Shown here one piece after another: positions 13,593 to 26,010 of a stretch of 64,000 bases of DNA. The stretch is from Strigamia acuminata (lineage: Eukaryota): positions 2,170,001 through 2,234,000 of the forward strand of contig OX442314.1 in assembly GCA_949358305.1 (NCBI GenBank), read 5' to 3'. Each line of letters opens with the position of its first letter. The first letter of the stretch is position 1. A model generated the notes under the pieces. The model did no database searches. It had not been told where the DNA came from and saw only the letters and a list, made by a program, of their open reading frames with translations. The position numbers and the translations under genes were made by a program.

Positions 13593-14124
13593 TTTATCGT
13601 AGCCTCGAATTCCGCCGTGCAAATGGTTCGGAGAGCTGTTAATGGCGAGCAAATATCCCTTGTTGTTCAGCACGAAACGTCCGTGCGCGATTCGGTTACA
13701 CACACGTCCGACCGTCGCGCCCACATAAAACGGTTGTTTATAATATTCTAAACAAATAAATCAAAACAAAAAATTATCCATTCATCAATTTATCTCACCA
13801 ATTCCTACCATCAATGCTGTCAAAACCGAGCACAACATCGGCCACGTCGTCGTTCGCATCGGGCACTTTGAGCGACGTGACGGTCGCGCCGTACGTGATG
13901 ACCTGCGCGCTGCATTTCGACGAATTCGTCAAAGTGAAGCGTCGTACAGGTTCGCTGCAGACCCTTTTGTCCGAATAAAACCTCCCGACCCATTCCCATA
14001 AGTAAACCTAGAACGGACACAATAAAAATCTCCATCAGTGCAACCCAAACCCCACAAATACTCACTCGTCGTCGCGTAACGAAACGACGGGAGTCTGGAA
14101 TCGTTTCGCGATAAAATTACCCAT
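13593..14124 (-). pseudogene. GALM: Galactose mutarotase (aldose 1-epimerase), 5' exons only (about 14066-14124, 13809-~14007, 13593-13747); probably truncated
   Basis: VRRFTLTN..AQVITYGATVTSLKVPD..DVVLGFD and [30 protein letters not shown]; exon 2-3 splice phases consistent; exon 1-2 phase needs a weak acceptor or a frameshift; no downstream DGEEGYPG or NHSYFNL exon seen. Confidence 0.75.
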
Positions 14125-14375
14125 GCAAAACGTTAAACATCAACAAAACCAGAAACCATAGCGACTGACCACAATGACGGCTGGTTTTGATGCTGCGCAC
14201 GGTGAACTGTCTTCTTTCGTCACCAGATGGCTTTGACACCACGAGCGTTCTTTCTTTCTTTCTTTTTTTTTTGGCGTAATAGATGGTCTTGGTTTTCCAT
14301 TAGGTAGGGCTAAATTGAGTTATTGTATTGGCGACTGACTTTTTTGTATTTTTTTTTTCATACTGATATCACAGA

Positions 14376-14697
14376 ATGGCGGCAAGCAAGAAGTTTGACT
14401 TTCGTTCGGCTATATGGAACGGGATACCGCCTGCAAGGTAAGTATTCCGGCTGATTTTTGGCCATTTTTTTAAAATTTAATTTGTTATCTATCAGAGATA
14501 AAGCAGAACGAATTGAATGGCAAAAATTCGAGCAGGCTGTGAAAGCGTCGTTAAAAAATTACGACCAGAAGATTAAGGCTGCAAAAGCCTTATGTGAAAG
14601 TGAAGTCCACGATTTGAACGTGAAGAAACTGAAGAAGATACAGAGTAAAAATCGATCCTTTCGCGAAGATATGGGACTAAAACAATTTAAATTGTAA
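14376..14697 (+). CDS. Small two-exon hypothetical protein (87 aa, Lys-rich, helical); exons 14376-14437 and 14496-14697
   Basis: ATGGCGGCA start, AAG/GTAAGT donor, ATCAG acceptor, phase-2 join is in frame; head-to-head with GALM about 250 bp away. Confidence 0.55.
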
Positions 14698-15353
14698 ACC
14701 AAAAGTTTGTCATTGGAAACAAATCTCAATTTTATAAATTACACATTGACGAAACCATCCAAATCTCCATCAACACCATCATCGTCACAACGCAGAACTT
14801 CTGTGGACTTTAAATGGAAATTTTTCTGGAAATTACAGATATTTTCGGCGATTTTCTATAATTTAGTAAGTTTACATCTTTGTAATTCTTGATGATTAAT
14901 CATTGATTAAAGTTTTGATTTGGTTTTTTTTAAAAATATATTTGGGTAACAATTTATGGAATTTATTTGGCCCCCGAATCAGCCAATGGTTGCCATGTGT
15001 TGTTTACAACATTCTTAATAATGTTTGTTGTTGCTTTATTTTGGCCAAAAATTTTATTTTGTATTTAATTACTTTATTTTCTTTTATATTTGGTGTTTTA
15101 TTTAGGGACAGAGAGACGGTTTAGAAGTCTAATAAGTAATGCTTCCCTGCATTACAAATGTTTACTTGTTTTAATTGAATTTAAGTGATTTTATTTGCGA
15201 TTTGACCATAAAAAGCGACAACAGGACACAATTCACAACGGGAGAATGTCGTGAATTTTTGTTTAGTGAAATGCCAATAGTTGAAAATGTAGAAGTAGAC
15301 ACCAAAGCTGTTTTGGAAGTGTATCGATTTGTCAAAAAACAAGATGTGTTAAA

Positions 15354-15517
15354 ACGGGATCCGTCCTTATTAGCGAATCTCATTTTAGCGAAAACAATTT
15401 TTTTAAACCCATTTTAGCGAACTCATTTTAGCGAAAATGAGTTTAAATCACCGCAACATTGGATTCAATTTAGCGAAGACTCGTTTTAGCGAATGCCTCG
15501 TTTTAGCGAAAATTCCG
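15354..15517. repeat. Short element with repeated TTTTAGCGAA motifs (MITE arm-like)
   Basis: About seven TTAGCGAA copies in ~160 bp; no TSD found. Confidence 0.5.
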
Positions 15518-15607
15518 CCCAACTTCGTTTCTCGGTAATAAGTCAGGTCACGACAGATTAGACCTAGATGGACAGCGAACCTTACACTCTGGACTCAAAC
15601 TTTCATT

Positions 15608-16439
15608 TTAATTTTAAATTTATGGCCTTCATCTAGTTTTATTTTTTATAATCCAGGCCTTTCTTGCACTCAAGTTTTTAGGAATTAATAAATTTGATTC
15701 CAACAAATTTATCATACATAATAAAGCCTTCTTCGACCTATTCGGGGAAGGAGAAAGCAATGTCAACAAAATCGCCAAATGGCGTCCAGTTCGTGATTGC
15801 GGAAATTTTTAATTGTGTGGAAGACAAAAACGAAGTTTTACACAGAGCTGAAGTTTTATCGAAAACTTCTTTGTCGCGAGGAACAGAATTAGCAGGTATT
15901 TTGTTGTTTGTATTCAGTAGGAGGTTTAACATCCCAATTTCACTTCATGAGTGGGATGACTTTAAAATGGACGAAAAAGAATTTTCAAAATTGGAAGAAA
16001 AAAATCAAAGACTTTTTGACAACGTTAACAGTTGCAACACTTTCCAAAATCTACAAAGCAAGAACAAACCAAGAAGCGACAACGTCTTCTTCAAAAGGTA
16101 AGCAAATAGGTACATGTATAATTACTGCGTGTCGTTAAGGAAAGAAAATCATGAAATTTTCAAGCGAATTTGATCACATTTTAAACCATGATTTCATAAC
16201 CGAAGCTATGTTGTTCAAATACGTGAAAAGTAAAAGAAATATCAAGTTTGCAATGTCTGGAGAGGTCGGGCCACGGGAACAAATTTATACCGAGCCAAAG
16301 GGTATGAAAAAAAATTCCACGCCGTCACCTGCCACCGGGATATTCCCGGTATCCCACTTGGCCAGTCCAGCATTGGGATTTTGTATTAGAAAGGCAATAG
16401 TGGAACCACCAAATCTGGCAAACAAATTTAAATTTTTTT
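15608..16439 (+). repeat. Copy 2 of the ~840-bp duplicated segment
   Basis: Colinear with 8104-8940. Confidence 0.9.
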
Positions 16440-17365
16440 AAATCAAAAGCTTATATTGGGCTTAGTAAGAGATAGAGAGGTAGGTATACTACTAGGTAGA
16501 GAATAGAGATAGAAGAAAATACCACGATTATCAGAAGAAAATACCACAAAATAGAAGAAAGTTTGAAAACAAATTGCACAACTTTCGAACTTCTAATGTG
16601 TGTTAAATGTGATTCTAATATTTAGTGCGTCAATACAACAAATTCAAACGAGAAAGAAATTCTATATTTGCAAGTTCAACTTATAAAAGGGGATTACACA
16701 AATCTGGTGTACTACAAGCAAGGTCCGCAAGGTTAGATAATTAGAGGAGGAGGAAGAGCAAAATAGATAGGCAATTAGGAGAGAGAAGAGAATTCTTAAT
16801 CGTGGAATATCATTCTTGTGACACGTAATCCAAGGTAACATGGTATCATTCATTGGGTTCACATAAGATGAAGTTTAGGGACAGACTATTCGAGACGGCC
16901 GATTCTGAGAATAATGGCTTTATACACGTATTTGGTAGAGTTGTGTGTCTATGTGTCTGTGTCTTCACAATCGTAGTGGCAATATACAAGTATCGGTAGT
17001 GTAATAAATAGCAATCCTCTGAAAAAATGTATACTAAATATATAAATTTTTGTGTGATTTAGAACGCAGAAGTCACATGCTGTTGAGAGTTGCTCATCAA
17101 AGGCACGAATTTAATTCACAGTTGGAACACTTCAAAAAGCTATCGTACCAGAATTTCTCGCACAAATAATTACAAGCACATTTTGAACAGCAATTTTTTA
17201 GAAAGACCAGGAAAGGTTTCTTCAAAGAAGTCACCTATGGACATTGAAAAGCAAATGTTGCAATTGATGCTAATGTTGCTATCATTGAAGTTAACAAATG
17301 TAGATAAGTGAGAAGGAAGGACGGCAGAGCAAAAAAGGGCATGCATTTTCTACATTTATTATTTT

Positions 17366-17530
17366 CGGATTAGTTCACTTTAGCGACGCCTGTTTAAGCC
17401 ACACAGCTGTAAAGTGTTTAGATGCAGTTAGGTTAGTTCGTTAGTTTATGTTAGTATAAATTATACTTTATGTTGGTTAGTATAGGTTAGTATAGGTTAG
17501 TTCAGGTGTCACTAAAGTAAACTACATCCG
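17366..17530. mobile_element. MITE (165 bp)
   Basis: Imperfect 27-bp TIRs CGGATTAGTTCACTTTAGCGACGCCTG / CAGGTGTCACTAAAGTAACTACATCCG; TTATTTT on both flanks; internal AGGTTAG repeats. Confidence 0.75.
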
Positions 17531-19320
17531 TTATTTTTCCTTATACCCACATACCCACATACAAGAAGAAAAAAGGAAGAAACACCCGACCCACATACTA
17601 ATAAAATTTACAATTCAAGTGTTTGACAGAACTGTACATTAATTACAAAATAGTACGGAGTATTAATTTTGCCATTTTTTGAAATGTGCAGTCTAACTGC
17701 AACACGGAACACGGGTCCCAAGAGGAGATACAACTCGTGTCACACGAATCCTCCCACGGGTGCCATTATTTCCAAAAAAAGTCAAGCAATAGTCATGCTA
17801 ATAATGCTGCAAGCAATAAGTGATTTAATACACTCATCATCATTTATATGTGATTATTTCTGTAGCAATTATTTGCAACAGATTGAAGAAAGTAAGCAAG
17901 AATCGTACGAGACAAATCGCGTGGACACGTAATCGTGACACAACTGCACTGTATTATGCTATCTTGCATTATTGCTGGATTCACAAATCAAGAAATCATA
18001 AATACACCCACCTCAGGTTTCAACATGTTAGAATATATTTGTGGGAACCCACTATTACTATGTTTACATGCATGAAATATTTCGTCTCACTCGTGTGCAC
18101 AACTGGCATGTAAACAGAATTATTCGGATTAATCGAGGATTATTTGAGTAGTGAATAATCTCTCGAGTGAATTCGGCCATCGGTTCATAAGGCGAAAGAC
18201 AGAAAAACTGGTCCTTAAGTTGACCCCTAGAGCTAATGTTACAAGTAGTTCTTAGAAAAAAAGCTCTGAAGAGGTCCATTCTAGAATACCGGTATTACAT
18301 AGTTCGAAGACACAGAATTTGAGGCTATTTGCGATATTTGTGGCAGAAATAAATGTACAAAACAAATGTAAGCTCACATTACAGATGCTCATGGCAAATG
18401 CGCACACTAAGGTAAGGTACTCTTAAATCAGCAGGATTGCAAATTAGAGAAAAGCAGATATGGCCTACCATACCAAGTCTATTATGACCAGAGCTCTCTT
18501 AGCTTGATCCAGGGGTGACCACGAGGAGGTAGAGACTTGAATTTTACACCCCCATACTCAAATAACAATAGAATAGAACCAAAACTCGAAAAATTTCATC
18601 TTTCTCAGTTGCACAAACATAGATAATTAATCAAAACTAATTTCATTAATTTTTTTTAGATAAAATTTCGTACGAAGAACAAAGCACCAACTGGAGAAAT
18701 GTGGACAATTCGGACGATTTAAAAGACAGAGAAGCCAAACTAGATGAAAAACGAGTGTATATTTATGCCAAGCAAGCGGAGATAACCAAGCTTGATGACA
18801 AAATTAACGAAATCAAAGCTAAAAGAACTAAATTGGACAAAAAAACAGACGGGAACGAGTCTGACAAATCGATGCCAGGCGGAGAAGCGAAAACGTAGAA
18901 TTTGAAGCAAAGAAATCCAACTTTGGAACGATAAATACGAAATTAGATGCAAACCGGATGAAATCATGTGAATTTAGACAATATTTCCGTCGATTTGGAG
19001 TTGATTTTGTGATTTGCATTCTGTTCCATTAGGCCTACGATTCAGCACTAATAATTTGCAGAATTTGCAAGAAACGAACGATCTTACGAGAAATAAACTT
19101 GAACTGTGGTCCTTACATGAATTCTAGGATGAATGGAATACGATTAGTACGTATTTAGACCTGCGCAATTTAAAATCATCAAACTGGAAATAGAAAAACG
19201 ATGAGAAAAGAACGAGTCAAGAACGAGGAGAACCAAAGTGAGCAATGGCCGACAACAATAAAACGAGACACGAGACCATACAAAATAAACCCCAACAATG
19301 TAAAAATTATAAATACTACT

Positions 19321-19630
19321 GTTAATAATAATTATTCCCACCAGAGTGACTCTGCAACTCACGAGTCAGTGTCAGGAAATTTTAAATTTGGATAAATGAG
19401 AAATTAAAATTCCAAACTGGTGACTTTGACATCAACTTTTCAAACCAAACAATAAAAAATACTCCGTAAAAAATAAATAAAATTTAATAATACAAAATTA
19501 AAACTCGCCTCTCATTTGGCGAAATGTCACCTAACTGTGGCCGACTCATGCTCCCAAATCTCCAAATCCACCGTCGTGGTCAAGGTCTAGTCGGGCGGCA
19601 CTATGAACGAAACAAGTTAAAAGCAATACT
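19321..19630 (+). repeat. Dispersed repeat, copy 2 (paralogous to 10731-10965)
   Basis: Shared sequence blocks as for copy 1. Confidence 0.8.
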
Positions 19631-21104
19631 GTACGAGCACATTTTTTATCACGGGTTCCGAATTTTCTTAGAATTTCTCCGTTGACCGGGAATTGTACAA
19701 ACATCCTTCAATATTTTTCAATTTTTTTCGATTAAATCCCCTTAAAAATGCAGAAATAACGCTATTTTTTACGTGTAAACGTTAGAATAACACACGAGGA
19801 TTTGAATTTGTTCGTTATTTTTGCCGAAAATAAAGAAAAACGTTACACTTCTTCATAGATTTATGAATTTCAAAAACATTTTCAAACCTTTTCCACGGAT
19901 GTTTGAGGGTTTTTAAAAGATTATTCGACCGCATTTTTCTATAAAGTTTGTGCTATTTTATCGCCTGAACTCTGCGATAAACTCACCAATGTCGGCAGTG
20001 GCGGATTTCTATCAGCCCGTTATTTTTCAGGGCCCTCATTGAAAACAAGGAGTTGTGTTGGCAGCTAAACTACCTCAACTAACCACACAACTGCTTGTTG
20101 AACGCTATGTAGATTTATGAACGGGCTAAATATATTTTTAAGAATATTTTACCGTTAGAAGAGCTCCGATGTTCGTTCCGCTTATGCACTCGTAATACGA
20201 GTTCCGATCTGAAATCAAACGATTCTATTAATCCATAGCTATCAAAGATAATGCTAGAATTTAGTCTAATTTGATCATATTCCTGGATTAATTTACTGAA
20301 TGTTTCGGTCGAGCAGAGCGGGAACCATTACGCTTTCTCGTGATGCGGCGAGTGGCGACACGTCTCGGGTGCTGTGCATGGAAATAAAGCCTTGGTATAG
20401 ATTTGGAGGATTTATTTTAGCTCAGTCTTACGATTTCTTACCTTTTGGAGGTTTCACTTGGTCGCAGAGAGTACGGAGACCCTTGGAAAGCTCTAAAACG
20501 GGATGTAATCAATAATTATCGTGACGGCCATCTTGCGTGCCCGGGACTCTCGCCACCGCCTATTTAGAAATTATAGACTTATTTAACTTGCCGTTTGGAT
20601 ATTAATTAATCTTTACATTTATTTTACGGATATTAATTACTAAAGAGAATCTGAGGTAGTCAATCTTGAGGTGGTCAACACATGAGTGTGAGAAGAACGA
20701 TCATGAAGATCGGGCTCGAAGGCGCTCTCTGATTGGTCGCTTCAAACGTAACTTGTATCTCGGTTGAATTTACCGAGAATTGATGTCGTTTTTAGTGTAC
20801 TGTATATCTATTAAGTATTGTAATGCGTTTGTGTAAATAGTTTTATTTATCGTTGATTGTGACAAAATGTAATGTATTTGAATGCCGTTTGTTTTTAATT
20901 GTTCTTGTATAAGTTGACACCCGATCTTAAGATAAAGACCGATGGTGGTTTTTGATTGGTCGAACCCAAAAAAAAGTTTAAGAAACCCTGCTCTATGAAA
21001 CGAGCATTTTGAATTTAAGAATTATGAACAAAGTGAATTTTTTCATTTTTGTAAGCCCAGTTAAATGTTTTTCAATGTATCATTTTGATAACAGGAATAA
21101 TCGC

Positions 21105-21775
21105 TCAAATAACACTTGGGTGGGTTGAAAGATGTCTCCTGAAAGTCTCACTTTGAACAGAAAAATGGGCACACAAATGGCAATAAGAAGGTTTTTCTCC
21201 AGCATGGAATTGAGTTGTAACAATGCATGAACACACAGTTTTTATTTTTATTTTTTACAAGTTGTGGGAAAAAATAATAAATTGGAAATGAAATGAGAAA
21301 AATATACAAAAGTGGCAGATTTTGTTTCGTGGATGAAACAACTTAAAACAAGTTTCAGTTTCCTTAAATTTGAGTTGAACACAAAATGCAATTTCAAATA
21401 CAGAACTTTCAACGCAGAAATAAATAAACAAATGCAGAAACAGGATTCCATTCAACCTTATTTTTTTTACCAGGTTGAAAGGAATTCTGATAAAAAATAT
21501 TTATAAAATAGTTACTTTAAAAATCAAATTCAAATGCATTAATGCACCAATAAAAACAGAAATTAAACCGTTTTGAATTTAAGAATACAGGAATATGCAC
21601 ACAAATAGCACTTGAATTGTTTTCTCTCGTGTGGGTTAATAAATGTTTATTTAAATCCTCACTTCAAGTCGAAGAGAAGGCACACAAATGGCAATTAGAC
21701 AGTTTTTGGCGGTTATAAATTTTTAAATCAATTTTCAAATTCCCATTTCGTTTGCAAGATAAGGCACAAGTTTTT
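21105..21775 (-). pseudogene. Decayed C2H2 zinc-finger repeats downstream of the ZNF gene
   Basis: CACACAAATGGCA and GGTTTTTCTCCAG / GTGGGTTAATAAATG blocks match the finger units of 21962-22834 but carry stops and indels. Confidence 0.65.
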
Positions 21776-21961
21776 CATGTGTCGCTCACCAAAAACAATT
21801 GAAAATGAAATGAAAAAAATATACAAACGCAGCAAGTAACAGGTTTTGATTTGTGGATTAAACAAATTGAGGCAAAAATTTAAGTTAAAAACAAAAACAA
21901 AATGTCATTTGAAATAAAATTAGAATTACAGAATTATAAACTTAATTGAACAATGTGATTT

Positions 21962-23618
21962 TTACTTTGAATGCTTTGTTAAATGTTTTTTAAAAGTATC
22001 ATTTCGACTACTTGAATAATCACACAAATGGCACTTGAATGGTTTATCTCCTGTGTGGGTTAATAGATGTCTCTTTAAATTTCCACTTCCACTGCTGGAA
22101 TAATCACAGAAATGGCACTTGAATGGTTTTTCTCCAGTATGTGTTAATAAATGTCTTTTTAGAGTTCCACTTTCATTGCTGCAATAATCACATAAATGGC
22201 ATTTGAAAGGTTTTTCTCCTGTATGGGTTAATAAATGTCTTTTTAGATGTCCACTTCCAATACAAGAATAATCACACAAATGACAGTTGAATGGTTTTTC
22301 TCCAGTATGAATTGCAATATGTCTTCTTAAATCCTCAGTTCGAATACAGGAATAATCACACAAATGACACTTGAATGGTTTTTCTCCAGTATGAATTGCA
22401 ATATGTTTTCTTAAATCTGAACTTGTAATGCAGGAATAATCACACAAATGGCACTTGAATGGTTTTTCTCCTGAATGGGTTAATAAATGTCTTTTTAGAT
22501 GCCCACTTTGATTGCATGAATAAGCACACAAATGGCACTTGAATGGTTTTTCTCCTGAATGGGTTAATAAATGTTGTTTTAGAGTTCCATTTTGACTGCA
22601 GGAATAATCACATAAATGGCACTCGAATGGTTTATCTCCAGTATGAGTTAATAAATGTTTTCTTAAATCCCCACTTCCAATACAGGAATAATTACACAAA
22701 TGGCACTTGTATGGTTTTTCTCTAGTGTGGGTTAATAGATGTCTCTTTAAATTTCCACTTTCACTGCTGGAATAATCACACAAACGGCACTTGAATGGTT
22801 TTTCTCCAGTATGAATTCTCATATGGACAATCATGCATTAGGTGCGTTCAATCTGTGTTAGAAGAAGTGACTTTCACTTTCCTTACTTTCCTCAAAGTCA
22901 CTTTTCATTGAATGCACTTACTTACCACCAGACTTCCATTTCCATTTACCGTGAATTTGCCGAATTTACCATGAATTTGCCAAATTTACCGTGAATTTAC
23001 CGTGAATTTACCGTGAATTTACCGTGAATTTACCGTGAATTTATCGTGAATTTACCGTGAATTTATCGTGAATTTATCGTGCATTGCCACACGTGAATTT
23101 AGCGTGTGCCACACGTGTGAATTTACCGTGTGCCACACGTGAATCTACCGTGTGCCACACGTATATTTACCGTGTGCCACACGTATATTTACCGTGTGCC
23201 ACACGTATATTTACCGTGTGCCACACGTGTGAATTTACCGTGTTCATCGAGAACAAAATGGCTGCCACTGTATTTGTTAAATGTGCAATGCGCATGCGCA
23301 CGCACATAAGTCACTTTTAAAAGGTGGAAAAGGAACTTTCCAGTTACTTTTCTGAAAGTCACTTAGGTGACTTTACTTGGTGAAAATGTGACGTAATTAT
23401 CGTCACTTCCGCCCTCTGAAAGTCAGTTAAGTCAGTTAAGTGACTTTCGACTAGCAGATTGAACGCACCTATTGTTTAACCCGAAAGGAAAGTGAACATG
23501 TTTGACATTGGAAAGGCTTTTCACCAGTGTGTTTGAGCATATGATGTTTCAAAAGATAATAATTTGAACACGAATAGTCGCACAAATTGCAACTGTATTT
23601 CTTGTTTTTTCGCTCCAT
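21962..23618 (-). CDS. C2H2 zinc-finger protein (12 fingers, TGEKPF linkers), interrupted by a MITE in finger 2
   Basis: ATG at 23618 ([17 protein letters not shown]..); 10 tandem fingers in 21962-22834; removing 22840-23470 plus one ATT restores [14 protein letters not shown]. As it stands the insertion gives CAA TAG (stop). Confidence 0.9.
22840..23470. mobile_element. MITE (631 bp), PIF/Harbinger-like, with internal minisatellite
   Basis: Perfect 16-bp TIR AGGTGCGTTCAATCTG; 3-bp TSD ATT (22837-39, 23471-73); internal GTGAATTTACC and TGTGCCACACGT arrays at about 22945-23243. Confidence 0.92.
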
Positions 23619-24474
23619 TTTAAATAGAAAAAGAACGGGATTTATAGCTTGGTCGGTCAACGTTTGTTTCGGCGACTGGCGCTCACTTTCTGCTGGCAGA
23701 AGTCGCTCATCACACGGAAAATGATGGATGCACTCTCAACCTACAAGAAATTAAATGTTCCCTACATATTTGTAGAGTCTTCAAGAACTAACAGATCATA
23801 AAACAGTGAAAAGTAAATCTCCATGTCCTAATTTCTTTAGTAGCATGTCTTACGTACCTCAATTCGTAGAATTCAAATAAGCCTAACGATTCTCAACTGT
23901 AGAAGCGCGCGCAACATGATCGGATCAGGGAATTGTGGGTAATCAAGAATGACTAAACAAATAGAGCCATCTCTGGAGCATTAATTGTGACTATCTTGTC
24001 AAGAGGATAATCAACACTACATGCTCATTAGTTGTGATAATATTGGTTACAAATCTGACCAAACGGACATAATCCCATTTGAATAAAGCCCCATTTGTAA
24101 TATTTTTTTAAGTGTTGGAATGAAGAAACATTTGTCATCTTACACAGAAAGGGGAAATTAGAGAACAGGTGTTCAATATCCCGTCTTGACAAACCCTTTT
24201 GTCCCCCACCTTGTATATAAGTCCCCTCTAAATAGTGGACAGTCAGTCTGCACTAAGCATTCACCAGAGTTGGTCAGTCTCAGTTATTTGGTAAAACTAA
24301 CAGGTTACTACAAACCACAACAGAAAATTGGGACTAAAAATGTCGTGAAAAAGAGAAATTTACGACGAGGGGAAAAGCAGACCAGTGCGAGCAATTAACA
24401 GTAAAACAACGGACAACATGGACATAAAAATCAACGTGAGCGACCACAACCAAAAGGCCCAGCAAGGAGAGTGA

Positions 24475-24645
24475 CTGCCAAATGAATTTAAAAATTTCCG
24501 AACCGCCATTGAAACCTGTGACACCTTACCAACGTTGGAAAACTTACAAATCAAAATTCAGCTGAAGCTGAAAAGTATGGCGATGATGACACGAAAGGAA
24601 GTTCAGGTGCATTACTGACTAAATCACGCGTACGGAGGCCAAGTG
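24475..24645 (+). pseudogene. gag: Ty1/Copia gag relic, left half
   Basis: LPNEFKNFRTAIETCDTLPTLENLQIKI resembles the Copia Gag motif LPxxFENFRxAIESRDxLP; one frameshift; continues in frame at 41874. Confidence 0.75.
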
Positions 24646-24740
24646 TGTTGTAGTAAAATATGAGATCTATGAATACGCATTTAAGATGCAATTCTTGATT
24701 TCTACCTCAAGGAGGGATTTAAAGGGATGAAGGAGGAAAT
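24646..24740 (+). repeat. Maverick left TIR (95 bp)
   Basis: Reverse complement of 41773-41867 with a single mismatch; starts TGTTGTAGTAAAA. Confidence 0.95.
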
Positions 24741-25173
24741 CACCCGAGGCAAGGCCATGGGAAAGTGCATTAAATTATTCTGCTGTTTGAATTAAAGAGT
24801 TTTAAAAGGAAGTAGGTCATTGACTTCACCTGCTTCTATCACAACTGGTTTTTTTGGAACGTTTCATTTTACTGGAGGGAAAATGAATAAATGACGTGAT
24901 TTGTTTACATGTACTTTGTTGGCAAAATCACACATATTAACCATTTTTAGGAAAGTGGGAGGTAATTAAAGTGAAAGTGGGGGTAAATCGTATGGACTTC
25001 CAATGACAGTGGGCAACATTTGCCATTGTTTAAAGTTTTCTGAGGGTATTGGAAGTGGGGGTTACGGCAAAATTAAAAGTGGGGGTAATTTTAAACGGTT
25101 TGTCTCGAGATGGTGAGTCGAATGCTATATTGCACGTATGGGTCAGGGTGTTTGATCACATGTTGAATCTGCA

Positions 25174-25758
25174 CTTGGTGAAATTTTGGCTATGTCCAAC
25201 ACGCTTCATTGGTGAAATTTTGGCTATGTCCAACACGCTTTGTTGGTGAAATTTGGCTATGTCCAACACGCTTCGTTGGTGATATTTTGACTATGTTCCA
25301 CAAGCTTGGTTTGATATTTCGGCTATCAGGGCTGGACTGGGATCAAATTTATGGCCGGGAAATCTGGGTGTCCGGGCCACAAATAATGAAGGCGGGACAG
25401 GCTACAGCGGGCCGCGACAGGCCACAGCGGCCACGGGCCACCGGGAAACTCCCGGTAGCCCGCCGGGCCAGTCCAGCACTGTCGGCTATGTTCCACAAGC
25501 TTGGTTTGATATTTCGGCTATGTTCCACAAGCTTGGTTTGATATTTCGGCTATGTTCCACAAGCTTGGTTTGATATTTTGACTATGTGCCACAAGCTTGG
25601 TTTGATATTTCGGCTATGTTCCACAAGCTTGGTTTGATATTTTGACTATGTCCATCACGCTTGGTTCGATATTTTGACTAAGTTCCACAAGCTTGGTTTG
25701 ATATTCCGGCTATGTCCATCACGCTTGGTTCGATATTTTGACTAAGTTCCACAAGCTT
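25174..25758. repeat. 32-bp tandem array (CACAAGCTTGGTTTGATATTTCGGCTATGTTC) in the Maverick left arm
   Basis: Period 32 (e.g. 25501 and 25533); about 13 copies, interrupted by a MITE. Confidence 0.92.
25327..25481. mobile_element. hAT-type MITE (155 bp) nested in the Maverick repeat array
   Basis: TIR CAGGGCTGGACTGG / CCAGTCCAGCACTG; exact 8-bp TSD TCGGCTAT. Confidence 0.9.
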
Positions 25759-25846
25759 CTATATTTATATTTGTACTTATTTCTTATTTCATGTATTTAT
25801 ATTTGCAATTATTTCTTATTTTAATTAAAATTCAATTCATTTGTAA

Positions 25847-26010
25847 ATAAATGTATTAAGATTTTTTAATAAAAAAGTCAATTGAAATGTTTAATAGGAA
25901 ATGTAAAATGTCTAATTCATTTCATTTACAAATAAATGTATTAAGAATTTTTACATTTCCTATTAAACATTTCAATTGACTTTTTTATTAAAAAATCTTA
26001 ATACATTTAT
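25847..26010. repeat. Perfect 62-bp inverted repeat (25847-25908 / 25949-26010) with 40-nt loop
   Basis: Arms are exact reverse complements; imperfect extension of about 18 bp on each side. Confidence 0.9.

Noticed and set aside
18660..19210. Coiled-coil coding remnant (DLKDREAKLDEKR...)
   Set aside because: Fragmented by stops and frameshifts; no family assignable
20108..20919. Possible solo LTR (TG...CA, LTR-like composition)
   Set aside because: No TSD, no second copy, no PBS or PPT
22840..23470. MITE acting as a self-removing intron (AG/GTGCGT donor and CTAACACAG acceptor on the minus strand)
   Set aside because: An in-frame TAG forms just before the donor, so splicing would not rescue the ZNF frame
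25174..25758. 32-bp repeats as a CRISPR array
   Set aside because: Units are head-to-tail with no unique spacers, the one interruption is a MITE with a TSD, the context is eukaryotic and there are no cas genes
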